Origin: a virus
Strand: one strand, 5' to 3'
Virus record (IMG/VR): IMGVR_UViG_3300022746_000018
DNA: 64,000 nt
In this document: positions 29,742-40,983 of the stretch, piece after piece
Layout of the letters: the number at the start of each line of letters is the position of its first letter
How positions within the stretch are numbered: the first letter of the stretch is position 1
Notes under the pieces: model-generated
The model's input: only the letters and a program-made list of their open reading frames with translations
Database searches by the model: none
What the model was told of the DNA's origin: nothing
Position numbers and translations under genes: made by a program

Positions 29742-30470
29742 CTATATGTCCATGCTTTTGAAAAATAGACGTTTTATATGATTCTTAATATTATAAATCT
29801 TACTTGGTCCACGACCATCGATGTAAAACTTTTGGAAAACATATTTTTCGGAATAGGTTCTAATTAGTTTATGTCTAGAGTCAGCATACTCGTTAAAGTC
29901 TTTATACAATTCTGGATTTTCACGAATGTCTTTTGCTTTTAATGAAAAGTTTTCGACTGTGTTTCTTTCAATTGGAAAAAAACAGAATAGTGGATCTCCC
30001 TTTTTAAATTCTACCGTGCCAGGTTCAATAAACTTAAAGTTATAGGTAAAAGTAAATGGCAACCAGTCAGTCTCTACGATAGCATCTAGTGGTTTTAGGA
30101 TGCCATAGTCATGATTTGGAATACCACGAATATAAAGAGAATAATTTTCTGGTGTTGTAATCAAAAAGTCTGGAAGAATTGTAAGAACAGATTCTCCAAA
30201 ATGAGTAACAAATCTTACTGGATCAAATTTTGGATCATCTGAGAATACCTCTACATCATTGTGCTTTGTTCCTCCATACCAAGAAACGGTAAAATCTACT
30301 GGAGATGCTACAGCCCAACCATATTGATTGGCAATGCCTAATGGCAAACACTTATATACAAACTTCTCTTTGCTATTATGCATCCAGTCTCTTTGCATGG
30401 TAAGGGGAACAATATCAAAATATTTATTCTCTATGCCGTCAAGGTAATTTGCAATAATTTCTTTAGACAT
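29742..30470 (-). CDS. conserved hypothetical protein (DUF6065-like, tentative)
   Basis: 242-aa track ORF. The family name is from memory only. Confidence 0.75.
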   Translation of the reverse strand: MSKEIIANYLDGIENKYFDIVPLTMQRDWMHNSKEKFVYKCLPLGIANQYGWAVASPVDFTVSWYGGTKHNDVEVFSDDPKFDPVRFVTHFGESVLTILPDFLITTPENYSLYIRGIPNHDYGILKPLDAIVETDWLPFTFTYNFKFIEPGTVEFKKGDPLFCFFPIERNTVENFSLKAKDIRENPELYKDFNEYADSRHKLIRTYSEKYVFQKFYIDGRGPSKIYNIKNHIKRLFFKSMDI

Positions 30471-30489
30471 TCTATCTCTTTCTTACTTG

Positions 30490-30563
30490 TGGGAAATACA
30501 GGATTCGAACCTGTGACATTTTGCTCCGTAGGCAAACGCTCTAATCCTCTGAGCTAATTTCCC
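30490..30563 (-). tRNA. tRNA-Arg (anticodon ACG)
   Basis: Clean cloverleaf with anticodon arm UUUGC-CUACGGA-GCAAA. Confidence 0.85.
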
Positions 30564-30731
30564 ATTTGCCAATCGTGCACCGTTTTATGTTCGCATACCA
30601 TTGGCTGTATATCCTAGTCCTCGCATTAGGCATAGGGTCCATGAGTCTGAACACTTTCACCCTACCGCTGGGACAGCGTAATTTTCGGATACACATATCT
30701 TAGTATAAGTTGTTCAGACTTATACCTTGAG
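30564..30731 (-). ncRNA. structured inter-tRNA spacer 1 (putative stable RNA)
   Basis: No ORF of 60 aa or more. Hairpin GTATAAG/CTTATAC spans 30703-30725. Its loop TGTTCAGA (30711-30718) is complementary to TCTGAACA (30646-30653). Confidence 0.3.
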
Positions 30732-30805
30732 CGATCTGTATGGGACTTGAACCCACGACCCCCACCGTGACAGGGTGGTGCTCTAACCAACTGAGCTAAC
30801 AGACC
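30732..30805 (-). tRNA. tRNA-Asp (anticodon GTC)
   Basis: Anticodon arm CCACC-CUGUCAC-GGUGG. G-U pairs occur in the acceptor and T stems. Confidence 0.8.
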
Positions 30806-30997
30806 AAATGTGAGAAGGTGGATTGTCTATTACCACCAAGGAGAAGTCTAGATACCATTAGATATCGCCTTAATCCTACCACAGCCTTGCTCCGCTAAGA
30901 GCAGGGACGCTAATCCCAGCCATGTGCCTTTCTCATTCCATCTAGACAAGGAACTTCGTTCAGCCATTCTCCAGACCTCTCGTCAGAGATCTGTTTG
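30806..30997 (-). ncRNA. structured inter-tRNA spacer 2 (putative stable RNA)
   Basis: Several hairpins, including GGTGG...CCACC, CCTTGCTC...GAGCAGGG and CAGACCTCT...AGAGATCTG. Confidence 0.3.
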
Positions 30998-31068
30998 AGC
31001 GAATAGCGAGAATCGAACTCGCATTATCTGCTTGGAAGGCAGAAGTTTTACCACTAAACTATATTCGC
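30998..31068 (-). tRNA. tRNA-Gly (anticodon TCC)
   Basis: Anticodon arm UCUGC-CUUCCAA-GCAGA with a perfect acceptor. Confidence 0.85.
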
Positions 31069-31232
31069 AGTTGAGATGTCAGATTAATCAGATCTACATC
31101 TCTGAGTCGTTTCCTAAGACGAGTGACCAACTCCGAACCGATAACGAGAGATTCCTACACGCTTACTGTATCGCTGTAAGGGCGTTCATTTGTCCGAAAT
31201 GAAACGGTTGTGATAGTGATTATCTATCAACG
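31069..31232 (-). ncRNA. structured inter-tRNA spacer 3 (putative stable RNA)
   Basis: Hairpins GAGATGT...ACATCTC and CGT-TTCCTAAG-ACG. No ORF of 60 aa or more. Confidence 0.3.
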
Positions 31233-31305
31233 CTGGTCCAGTAGGATTCGAACCTACAACCGATCGGTTAACAGCCGATTGCACCGCCAATTGTGCTATG
31301 GACCA
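31233..31305 (-). tRNA. tRNA-Asn (anticodon GTT)
   Basis: Anticodon arm AUCGG-CUGUUAA-CCGAU. The 5' end overlaps the endonuclease VII stop by 10 nt. Confidence 0.85.
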
Positions 31306-31727
31306 AGATACTCTATAAGTCTTTGTAAAACGACTTTAGAATCTTTTAACAATCCCAATGCCGTATTACATTGATTACAAAGTATGCCACGAATACAACT
31401 TCCACAACTTCTATTGCCTGGGCAACAAGAATGGTCATGGTCTATATTTGTAGCTTTGTTTGTTTTACAAGTATAGCATTTGCCATCAAATTTGTCAACC
31501 ATTTCATCGAACTTTTCTTTTGAAATGTGATGCCTTTTCCAGTTAAAATCTTTACCTGTATTTATTCTATTTTTAATTGTTCTTTGTTCGTCATTATTTT
31601 TATAGTAATTAACCATGTAATCAGAGTGGCATTGCTTACAAATATTTCTTCTGCCATCTTTATAGGCTTTACCCTTGGCAAAAAGCTCAATGTCCTTGCT
31701 CTGATTACATTTATTACATATCTTCAT
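31296..31727 (-). CDS. recombination endonuclease VII
   Basis: NIDHDHSCC...CGSCIRGILCNQCNTALG, the Endo VII zinc/HNH-like signature. Confidence 0.85.
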   Translation of the reverse strand: MKICNKCNQSKDIELFAKGKAYKDGRRNICKQCHSDYMVNYYKNNDEQRTIKNRINTGKDFNWKRHHISKEKFDEMVDKFDGKCYTCKTNKATNIDHDHSCCPGNRSCGSCIRGILCNQCNTALGLLKDSKVVLQRLIEYLGP

Positions 31728-31755
31728 ATGTTAACAGTATAGCATACTTGTTAAA

Positions 31756-31935
31756 CTAAACAAGAATTTTTATTACTGGGGCACATGGATCTCCGCCATC
31801 TTCCCATTCTTTTTCTTCTTCTTCTGTCATATATGGATCGCCATCATGCGTGTAACAGAATGGCTCAGTTACCCAACCATTCTTAATACCAACATCAAGC
31901 CATTCATACATTTCTGTATAATTTACTTCACTCAT
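31756..31935 (-). CDS. hypothetical acidic protein (59 aa)
   Basis: Internal ATG of track ORF 31756..31992 follows GAAGGGG. The track start lies in the promoter -35. Confidence 0.6.
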   Translation of the reverse strand: MSEVNYTEMYEWLDVGIKNGWVTEPFCYTHDGDPYMTEEEEKEWEDGGDPCAPVIKILV

Positions 31936-31963
31936 GTGAAAACCCCTTCTAGGTGATATATAT

Positions 31964-31992
31964 ATATTATACCAACTACAAGGGGTTGTCAA
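31964..31992 (-). promoter_or_regulatory. promoter TTGACA-N17-TAATAT
   Basis: -35 at 31992-31987 and -10 at 31969-31964. Confidence 0.55.
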
Positions 31993-32010
31993 GGGGTTGT
32001 TATAGATTCG

Positions 32011-32391
32011 TTACACAACTGTATCTTCATCTACTGGTGGGTGTTTGTATTTCTTATCTGGGACATAACCCGAAACAGCCTCATAAGGGTGATCAATTGG
32101 AAGATCAAGTGGTCCTTCCGCAAGCTGTTTAACTGCTGCTTCTGGATTATCGATATTCTTAAGCTTGACTGTCTGTTGAAAAGCTGCATTGATTTCATCC
32201 TTAGTTAACTTTCCATCTTCTAGGAATGCTAGAGATAGAAGTTCGATTACTTTAGCTACCGCCAAAATACCTCCCATTGTTGCTGCAAGCACTGGTGGAA
32301 CTCCACCGATTGCTCCTGCACCAATTACTCCAAGTGCTGATGCTACGAATGTTGCGACAATACGCATTATTACATTTCCGAATAACTTCAT
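32011..32391 (-). CDS. membrane protein (126 aa)
   Basis: Track ORF with the RBS GGAGAGGAGGAG and N-terminal TM helices. Confidence 0.75.
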   Translation of the reverse strand: MKLFGNVIMRIVATFVASALGVIGAGAIGGVPPVLAATMGGILAVAKVIELLSLAFLEDGKLTKDEINAAFQQTVKLKNIDNPEAAVKQLAEGPLDLPIDHPYEAVSGYVPDKKYKHPPVDEDTVV

Positions 32392-32392
32392 A

Positions 32393-32569
32393 CTACTCCT
32401 CCTCTCCTTGTGAATTTCTAAATGGGTAAGTTACTGCCCACAAACCTAGTGTTCCTAGAATGCAGTATCCTACTATAGTTTTGGCTGAACCTTCTAGAAC
32501 AATCCATGCTACAAACATACCTAGAAGAGTCCAGGCTTGTTCAAGAATATCTTTAATTATTTTTTTCAT
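32393..32569 (-). CDS. small membrane protein (58 aa)
   Basis: Hand-translated MKKIIKDILEQAWTLLGMFVAWIVLEGSAKTIVGYCILGTLGLWAVTYPF... ATGA overlap with the PA14 gene stop. Confidence 0.55.
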   Translation of the reverse strand: MKKIIKDILEQAWTLLGMFVAWIVLEGSAKTIVGYCILGTLGLWAVTYPFRNSQGEEE

Positions 32570-34569
32570 CTTGTTTCCCTCCTATTAGGTTTATTTGTTT
32601 CTGTTTTTTCATTACCGCCAGAACTACCGCCTGACGAGCCACCAGAGCCTCCTGTGGACCCTGTAGAAGCTGCTGAGGTTGCTGCACCTGTAGCAGCACT
32701 TACGGCTGCTCCTGTGGCTACAACGGCTGCGATAACCTCTTTCTTGGCTTTCTCACGAGTAGCTGGTGCCATGTCTGCACCAACATTTCCCATAAAGTTA
32801 ATAGCTGCAATGGCTGCTACGGCAGCTTGCCCTACACCTGGAATAGCAGCAAGGGCTGGATCAACTTGAATATCGTCTGCTTGAGCAGCAACAAACAGGG
32901 CATCTAGGGCTTTTTCATATTCTGGAGAGCCTTCCTTGGCTGTCGCCAAGACTTCATTTGCTGCTAAGACTAATTGCGTTACTTCGGCTGAAGACAATTC
33001 TTGAGGATCAATTGAAGAAATGTCTACAGGTAGCTTAGGTTCTGGTTGAACTTCTGGGGTTGATACTTGCTCTGGAGTTCGTGTCGGGATTGGCTCAGGC
33101 GTTGCTGGCTCTTGAGTAGGTTCCGAGGACGGCGTAGGTGTAGATGTTGGCTCTTCCGTAGGTGGAATGGTTGGTTCCACGGTTGGTTCTTGAGTTGGGA
33201 CAACTACTGGCTCCTCTGTTGGCTCTACCGTTGGTAACGGTGTTGGTTCTATTATACCTGTTGTTTCAGATGGTGCAGGTGTGGGAGTAGGCGTAGGAGT
33301 TGCATTAGCAGCTGCTTCTGCAGCTTGTCTGGCAGCCTCTTCTGCTGCCAATTGAGCTTGTCTAGCTGCTTCTTCTGCTGCTGCGACTGCGGCAAGTCTA
33401 TCTCTTTCTGCTTGAGCAGCAATAGCTGCTTGCTCTGCAGCAATCCTATCCGCCTCTGCTTGAAGTGCTGCTGCTTGCTCTGCTTGTTGCTGTGCAAGTT
33501 GTTCTGCAGCAATCCTATCTGCTTCAGCTTGAGCAGCTTGTTGTGCTGCAAGAGCATCTGCTGCTGCTTGCTGGGCAATCCTATCTGCTTCTGCTTGTTG
33601 TTCTGCTAATAACGCTGCAGCTTCTGCATCTGCTTGAGCCTGAGCTGCTTGCTGTTCTGCCAAAATTCTAGCATTTTCTGCATCTATTAATGCTTGAGCA
33701 TCATCAACAGCTTGTTGCAGTAATGGCATGGCTTGAGTTGCAGTGTCTAGTCTAATTTGTGCTTGTTGTTGTGCGATTTGAGCAGCATCCAATTCTTGTT
33801 GTGCTTGATTTAAAATAAGTTGTTTTTCTTGGACTATTACTAATAATGCTGGATCATTAACCATTATAGTAGTAGCTGTTTGACCAAACCATGCTGCAGG
33901 AACTACCCCCCAGTTACCTGAATTTTGATAATATAAAGTAGAACATGCCCCTCCACCATTTTCATAGAACCAGGCATCAAGAGTGTAAGCATGACCAGCT
34001 TCAAGATTTATTGGATACCAGTTACCTCCACAACCTTTGTCTCGCCATTCGGGAATAACTACCTGACCATCTAAGGTCATGTAAAACCCATCATCTGCTA
34101 TGTTGCGGAAATAGTATTGTCCACTTGTCGGCACAGTTAATGTTCCATAATAATGAATAGTTACCCAGTCAGAATTACATCCCATGACAGATCCACTACC
34201 CCAGTTAGCAGAGATTTGGCTAACAGTGTCGTGACGACATAATTGCCATGCCTCTGGAGTTCTGCTAATTATATTATTATAAATATCTACAGATAGTCCA
34301 GATCCACTAGAAGTTGTTTGTGAAATTAAATTAGTATCATAGTTAGTTTGTGCTATTGTTAGTTCTTCTTGAGCAGCAACTACGGCTGCTAATTTATTTA
34401 CAACCAATAAGTCTGCATCTGCTTTAGCTTGGGTAGCGTCAGATAGCTCTTGCTGCCCTGCCAAAAGAGCCGATTGAGCTTCTTCTAGTGTTTGTGCTTT
34501 TGCAGGGGTTATTATAAAGAGGGATATAGTTGCTAGTGTTATTGCTGTTAAAAATCTAAGAGTTTTAAT
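32566..34569 (-). CDS. secreted PA14-domain coiled-coil protein with PT-rich linker and C-terminal hydrophobic anchor
   Basis: Track ORF 32566..34464 (TTG start). The same frame stays open 35 more codons up to a TAG at 34582-34584. Those codons encode a Sec-type signal peptide (IKTLRFLTAITLATISLFIITPAKA). AGGAG lies 9 nt before an ATT at 34569. PA14-like block GTLTVPTSGQYYFRNIADDGFYMTLDG. Confidence 0.7.
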   Translation of the reverse strand: MKTLRFLTAITLATISLFIITPAKAQTLEEAQSALLAGQQELSDATQAKADADLLVVNKLAAVVAAQEELTIAQTNYDTNLISQTTSSGSGLSVDIYNNIISRTPEAWQLCRHDTVSQISANWGSGSVMGCNSDWVTIHYYGTLTVPTSGQYYFRNIADDGFYMTLDGQVVIPEWRDKGCGGNWYPINLEAGHAYTLDAWFYENGGGACSTLYYQNSGNWGVVPAAWFGQTATTIMVNDPALLVIVQEKQLILNQAQQELDAAQIAQQQAQIRLDTATQAMPLLQQAVDDAQALIDAENARILAEQQAAQAQADAEAAALLAEQQAEADRIAQQAAADALAAQQAAQAEADRIAAEQLAQQQAEQAAALQAEADRIAAEQAAIAAQAERDRLAAVAAAEEAARQAQLAAEEAARQAAEAAANATPTPTPTPAPSETTGIIEPTPLPTVEPTEEPVVVPTQEPTVEPTIPPTEEPTSTPTPSSEPTQEPATPEPIPTRTPEQVSTPEVQPEPKLPVDISSIDPQELSSAEVTQLVLAANEVLATAKEGSPEYEKALDALFVAAQADDIQVDPALAAIPGVGQAAVAAIAAINFMGNVGADMAPATREKAKKEVIAAVVATGAAVSAATGAATSAASTGSTGGSGGSSGGSSGGNEKTETNKPNRRETR

Positions 34570-34585
34570 TTGGGGTTTCTCCTAG

Positions 34586-34599
34586 TTGGAAGTTTCCAA
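34586..34599. promoter_or_regulatory. 14-bp palindrome TTGGAAGTTTCCAA between -10 and RBS
   Basis: The 13-mer TGGAAGTTTCCAA is repeated exactly at 11963-11975. Confidence 0.5.
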
Positions 34600-34606
34600 C
34601 AAAATA

Positions 34607-34615
34607 ATTATAACA
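34607..34615 (-). promoter_or_regulatory. extended -10 promoter (TGtTATAAT)
   Basis: TATAAT at 34612-34607 on the - strand. No good -35. Confidence 0.5.
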
Positions 34616-34621
34616 TTATTT

Positions 34622-34655
34622 AGATAAATAAAAAGAGGGGGCTTTCGCCCCCCCT
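34622..34655 (-). terminator. rho-independent terminator after nrdF
   Basis: GGGGGC-GAAA-GCCCCC followed by UCUUUUUAUUUAU. Confidence 0.8.
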
Positions 34656-34662
34656 TGTTTAG

Positions 34663-37713
<3,051 letters not shown>

Positions 37714-37721
<8 letters not shown>

Positions 37722-38124
37722 TTAGTTTCTCCAACCTCTTTCTTACTTTTTGGACATCTTCTGATGTTCCAAATATTTCTACCCTGGCAATTATGGGGAT
37801 GCCAGTCTTCCCTGAAATCATTTCTGCAGCTTTACAATAATGATTACCAAAATTAGTATTGCCCAGACCTACAATTCCTATTAACAATTCTCTGTTTTCA
37901 GGTATGTTAAGGAAGCTTCTTACTTGTCTGGGTATGGCGGATCTTTCGCTTCCGCCTCCGTAGGTAGGGACAAAAAGAACATACTTGTTCTTAGCAATGA
38001 TAGGGTCAGAATCGTCCCAAGATATAGGGATCCGAATAATATCGTATTGTCCATTGTCAACCTTTTCTACGAATCGTTTTGTGTTCCCCGAATAATTGGA
38101 GAAATACACAATAGTGATAGACAT
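37714..38124 (-). CDS. nrdI: flavodoxin-like NrdI
   Basis: [17 protein letters not shown]...VPTYGGG pattern, directly upstream of nrdE. Confidence 0.9.
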
Positions 38125-38151
38125 CTATTTTACCTCCATTTTTTGATATCC

Positions 38152-38187
38152 AGGGACAAGAAAGGGGAAGGATATTTCGCCTTCCCC
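38152..38187 (-). terminator. rho-independent terminator
   Basis: GGGGAAGG-CGAAAUAU-CCUUCCCC followed by UUUCUU. Confidence 0.75.
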
Positions 38188-38204
38188 AATCTATTTTATC
38201 CCAA

Positions 38205-39188
38205 TTACTTGAGAAGTGCAACCTTGTGCTTTGGATTAGCCTTGTTCCACTTTGCAGCAAGAGCATTATACTTAGCCTTGTTGCCAGCAGTAGCAGCATC
38301 TGCAAGGGCAAGCTTTGCAGTAAGGTCTGCAACCTGTGCAGATAGAGCAGTCTTTTCAGCAGTTAGTGCAGTTACCTTGCCATTTGCCACAGCAAGTTCT
38401 GCATCCTTTTCTGCTACTAGAGCAGCAAGGTCTACAACCTTAAGGGTTCCACGAACGAAACCTACAGGAGCAGCAAGACCAGTAATAGCAGTTGCTACAG
38501 TAGCAGTTGCAATTAAATCATACGAACCTACAGCAAGACCAGTCAGCTCCTTGGTAGCTTCGCCTCTTGCATCAGTGCTTACCGAATAGGTATTGGTGGC
38601 AGTGCCACTAACTACCTGAATTGCTACAGTTGAACCTGCAACAGCATTTCCGAATACGTCAGTTCCAGCTACAGTTACCTTAGCAGTGGTGCCAAGAGCA
38701 GCAGTTGGTGCTGAAAGTGCAATAGTATTTAGTGCACCTGCAGTTCCCTTTACGTAATAAGTTCCAATAGTAGCAGTTCCAGCGGTGATCACAATCTTTC
38801 CAACAGCAGTTGACTTAGTGTAGGCATAGAACGTAGCACTAGTTCCAGTTCCAGTAGCAACAGAAGCAGATGCGGTTCCTGCAGAAGCAGTAACAGAGTC
38901 TCCAACAGTGGATACAAGAAGTGCATTGGTTGCAGTAGCGGTTACGGTTACGTTGTTGTCTAGACCAGTAACAGCAATACGAACTGCATCAGTTACCTGA
39001 ACAGCATTATCTGCTGGGACTGGAAGGATAACGGCGGTTGCCTCAGTTAGACCATCGGTGGTGGTTGCTACAGCATTAACAGTTAGACCAGTTGCTACTG
39101 CAGCGTTTGCAGGTGCAGCAACTAGTGCGGTTGTAGCAAGTGCTACTGCAGTGGCAATAGCGATAAGTGGCTTCTTTAGTGAAGTCAT
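38205..39188 (-). CDS. Sec-signal Thr/Ala/Val-rich beta-repeat protein with C-terminal coiled coil
   Basis: Signal peptide MTSLKKPLIAIATAVALATTALVAAPANA. Ig-like low-complexity repeats. C-terminal heptads AEKDAELAVANGKVTALTAEKTALSAQVADLTAKL. Confidence 0.8.
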   Translation of the reverse strand: MTSLKKPLIAIATAVALATTALVAAPANAAVATGLTVNAVATTTDGLTEATAVILPVPADNAVQVTDAVRIAVTGLDNNVTVTATATNALLVSTVGDSVTASAGTASASVATGTGTSATFYAYTKSTAVGKIVITAGTATIGTYYVKGTAGALNTIALSAPTAALGTTAKVTVAGTDVFGNAVAGSTVAIQVVSGTATNTYSVSTDARGEATKELTGLAVGSYDLIATATVATAITGLAAPVGFVRGTLKVVDLAALVAEKDAELAVANGKVTALTAEKTALSAQVADLTAKLALADAATAGNKAKYNALAAKWNKANPKHKVALLK

Positions 39189-39207
39189 GTATTTTCCTTT
39201 TCTATAG

Positions 39208-40983
39208 TTAGATTAATTCGAATCTAGCCAGGTATTCTTTTACCTCTTTTGGCATAGGATTCAATCTTATCACATTGTCATTATCCATGTCAAGTTGTTT
39301 TTTAGGTCTATCTTTAAAAGTATGAATTTCAACAACTTGATTTAGATCCTTTGGAGTGTGCGATATGGCTCCAAAGATAGCTCCACAAACAGCATCTGCC
39401 AAGTCTTTGGAAGATTTACGAGGGTGGTCTACACGATTTTGTTTTACAATCTTTAATTCTGTAAGCTCTTCAAACAATAGTTCAATAGCTGGCATGATAA
39501 GACGATCTTCATAAACAAGCATTGCCATATCTTCGTAGTGCTTCTTGGCAACAGAAACAGTATCTGTTCTAATACCAACCTGTTTTAGCTCATTCTGAAT
39601 ATCAAATGAGTTCCAACGGTCAAATGACACCATTCCAATATTGAAACCTAGTCTACGTAGATTTTGAATCCATTGCTTAACCTCAGATAAGTTTACAGGG
39701 CCTTCTACCTTTGGCTCCCACCATGCTACAGCATCTACTACAACAATTGGTGCTACCTGGCTATAATCCTTAACTACCTGAATATTTACCCATTTGTCTA
39801 CGTGAGCAATTGCAACAGCACACTTGTCATGTTTCTGTGCAAGGTCAGCATGGACAAAATAAGTCTTATCTGGGTCTGGCTCAAATGATTCCTCAAATCT
39901 CTTCCAGCCGTCAATAGGATTTCTAATGCTCATGGCAGAACGAATCTTATCTTCTTGCTTAAAGAAGCGATCAGACGAGAACGTAGGAACACAAGCAAAA
40001 CGTTGCATAGCATCTCCCATGTCAGTAAAGAATGAAACTTTAAAATCATCAATTTGTCTGGTAGGATTTACAACCCAAGTTGGACGCTTAAGAGCAAACA
40101 TTCCTGGGTATTTGTATGACAAGATGGTATCTTCGTCCCACTCAATTTCTAAGAAGTTTCCTTCGGCATCTTCGGGCAGGTCAGGATTCATAATAAATTT
40201 ATGTTTCTTGGTGACAACTTCCTTGTCAGCAATTACTGCGTCATAGCGAGATGAGATAAAGTCTCCTGGATAACGAGGGAATGATAGTAGTGCCACCTTT
40301 CCCAAATCTGGGAAACGAGAGTCTACAGAAGCACGGAAGGCTTTATATATGTTGTCTGCTGTCTTACCCTGATCATTACCAGTCCCAATCTCTTGAGCAA
40401 AACCAGAGATCTCGTCAAGAACTGCTAGGATAAGGTTAAGACCCTCGTGAGACTCACGCTCTGAGTGACCAGAGTAAACGGTTATTGACTTATCGAATTC
40501 GATACTTTCTGCTTTCGCATAGAACTTACCAGCAAACCACGGAGATTTCTCAATCTTAGTTTTAAAACCTTTAAAGAAAACGTTCTTTGCCTGTTGTGCG
40601 TTAATAGCCACGTTGATAATATCGATGGCATCTCCACTGGGCTTACCAAAATAACGAGCAGGGTCTTTAAGGCATAGTAGTTTATAGACAATATAGCTAC
40701 AAGCAACAGTAGAGGTAAAGTCTTTACCACTTCCCTTGCCAAGTTGTAGAATAACTTCATTCTTAGTATACTTTTTAAAATAACGTCTACCTTCCGTATC
40801 TCCCATAAGCTCAATAACATCTTCAAGCTTGTAAATCTGACTCATAGCTTCAACAATATCATACTGAATTTGTGACAATGGTGGCTGGTTTAGATAGTCT
40901 TCACCCTCAACAAATGTCTTGGCATCCACTGGTCGTTCTGCGAATACATCAGACTTGAGGGCTTCTAGAAAATCATCAAACAT
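39208..40983 (-). CDS. terL: terminase large subunit
   Basis: 591 aa. Walker-A-like QLGKGSGKD and a LAVLDE Walker B. The C-terminal nuclease-type half is typical of TerL. Confidence 0.8.
   Translation of the reverse strand: MFDDFLEALKSDVFAERPVDAKTFVEGEDYLNQPPLSQIQYDIVEAMSQIYKLEDVIELMGDTEGRRYFKKYTKNEVILQLGKGSGKDFTSTVACSYIVYKLLCLKDPARYFGKPSGDAIDIINVAINAQQAKNVFFKGFKTKIEKSPWFAGKFYAKAESIEFDKSITVYSGHSERESHEGLNLILAVLDEISGFAQEIGTGNDQGKTADNIYKAFRASVDSRFPDLGKVALLSFPRYPGDFISSRYDAVIADKEVVTKKHKFIMNPDLPEDAEGNFLEIEWDEDTILSYKYPGMFALKRPTWVVNPTRQIDDFKVSFFTDMGDAMQRFACVPTFSSDRFFKQEDKIRSAMSIRNPIDGWKRFEESFEPDPDKTYFVHADLAQKHDKCAVAIAHVDKWVNIQVVKDYSQVAPIVVVDAVAWWEPKVEGPVNLSEVKQWIQNLRRLGFNIGMVSFDRWNSFDIQNELKQVGIRTDTVSVAKKHYEDMAMLVYEDRLIMPAIELLFEELTELKIVKQNRVDHPRKSSKDLADAVCGAIFGAISHTPKDLNQVVEIHTFKDRPKKQLDMDNDNVIRLNPMPKEVKEYLARFELI

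Noticed and set aside
30960-30995. CUGACGAG on the - strand of tRNA spacer 2, resembling the hammerhead ribozyme CUGAnGA core
   Set aside because: I could not assemble the remaining conserved GAAA core with helices II and III and a cleavage triplet in a consistent geometry. It is probably a chance match, and a covariance-model scan is needed to be certain.
33252-33671. Alternative-frame ORFs (108, 94 and 68 aa) inside the PA14 gene
   Set aside because: They are by-products of the GCN/CAG-rich AEADRIAAEQ coiled-coil repeats. All lie within a long, well-supported ORF.
37924-38589. 221-aa + strand ORF
   Set aside because: It is antisense to nrdI and to the Ala/Thr-rich secreted protein gene. 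It spans a - strand terminator and has no start signals.
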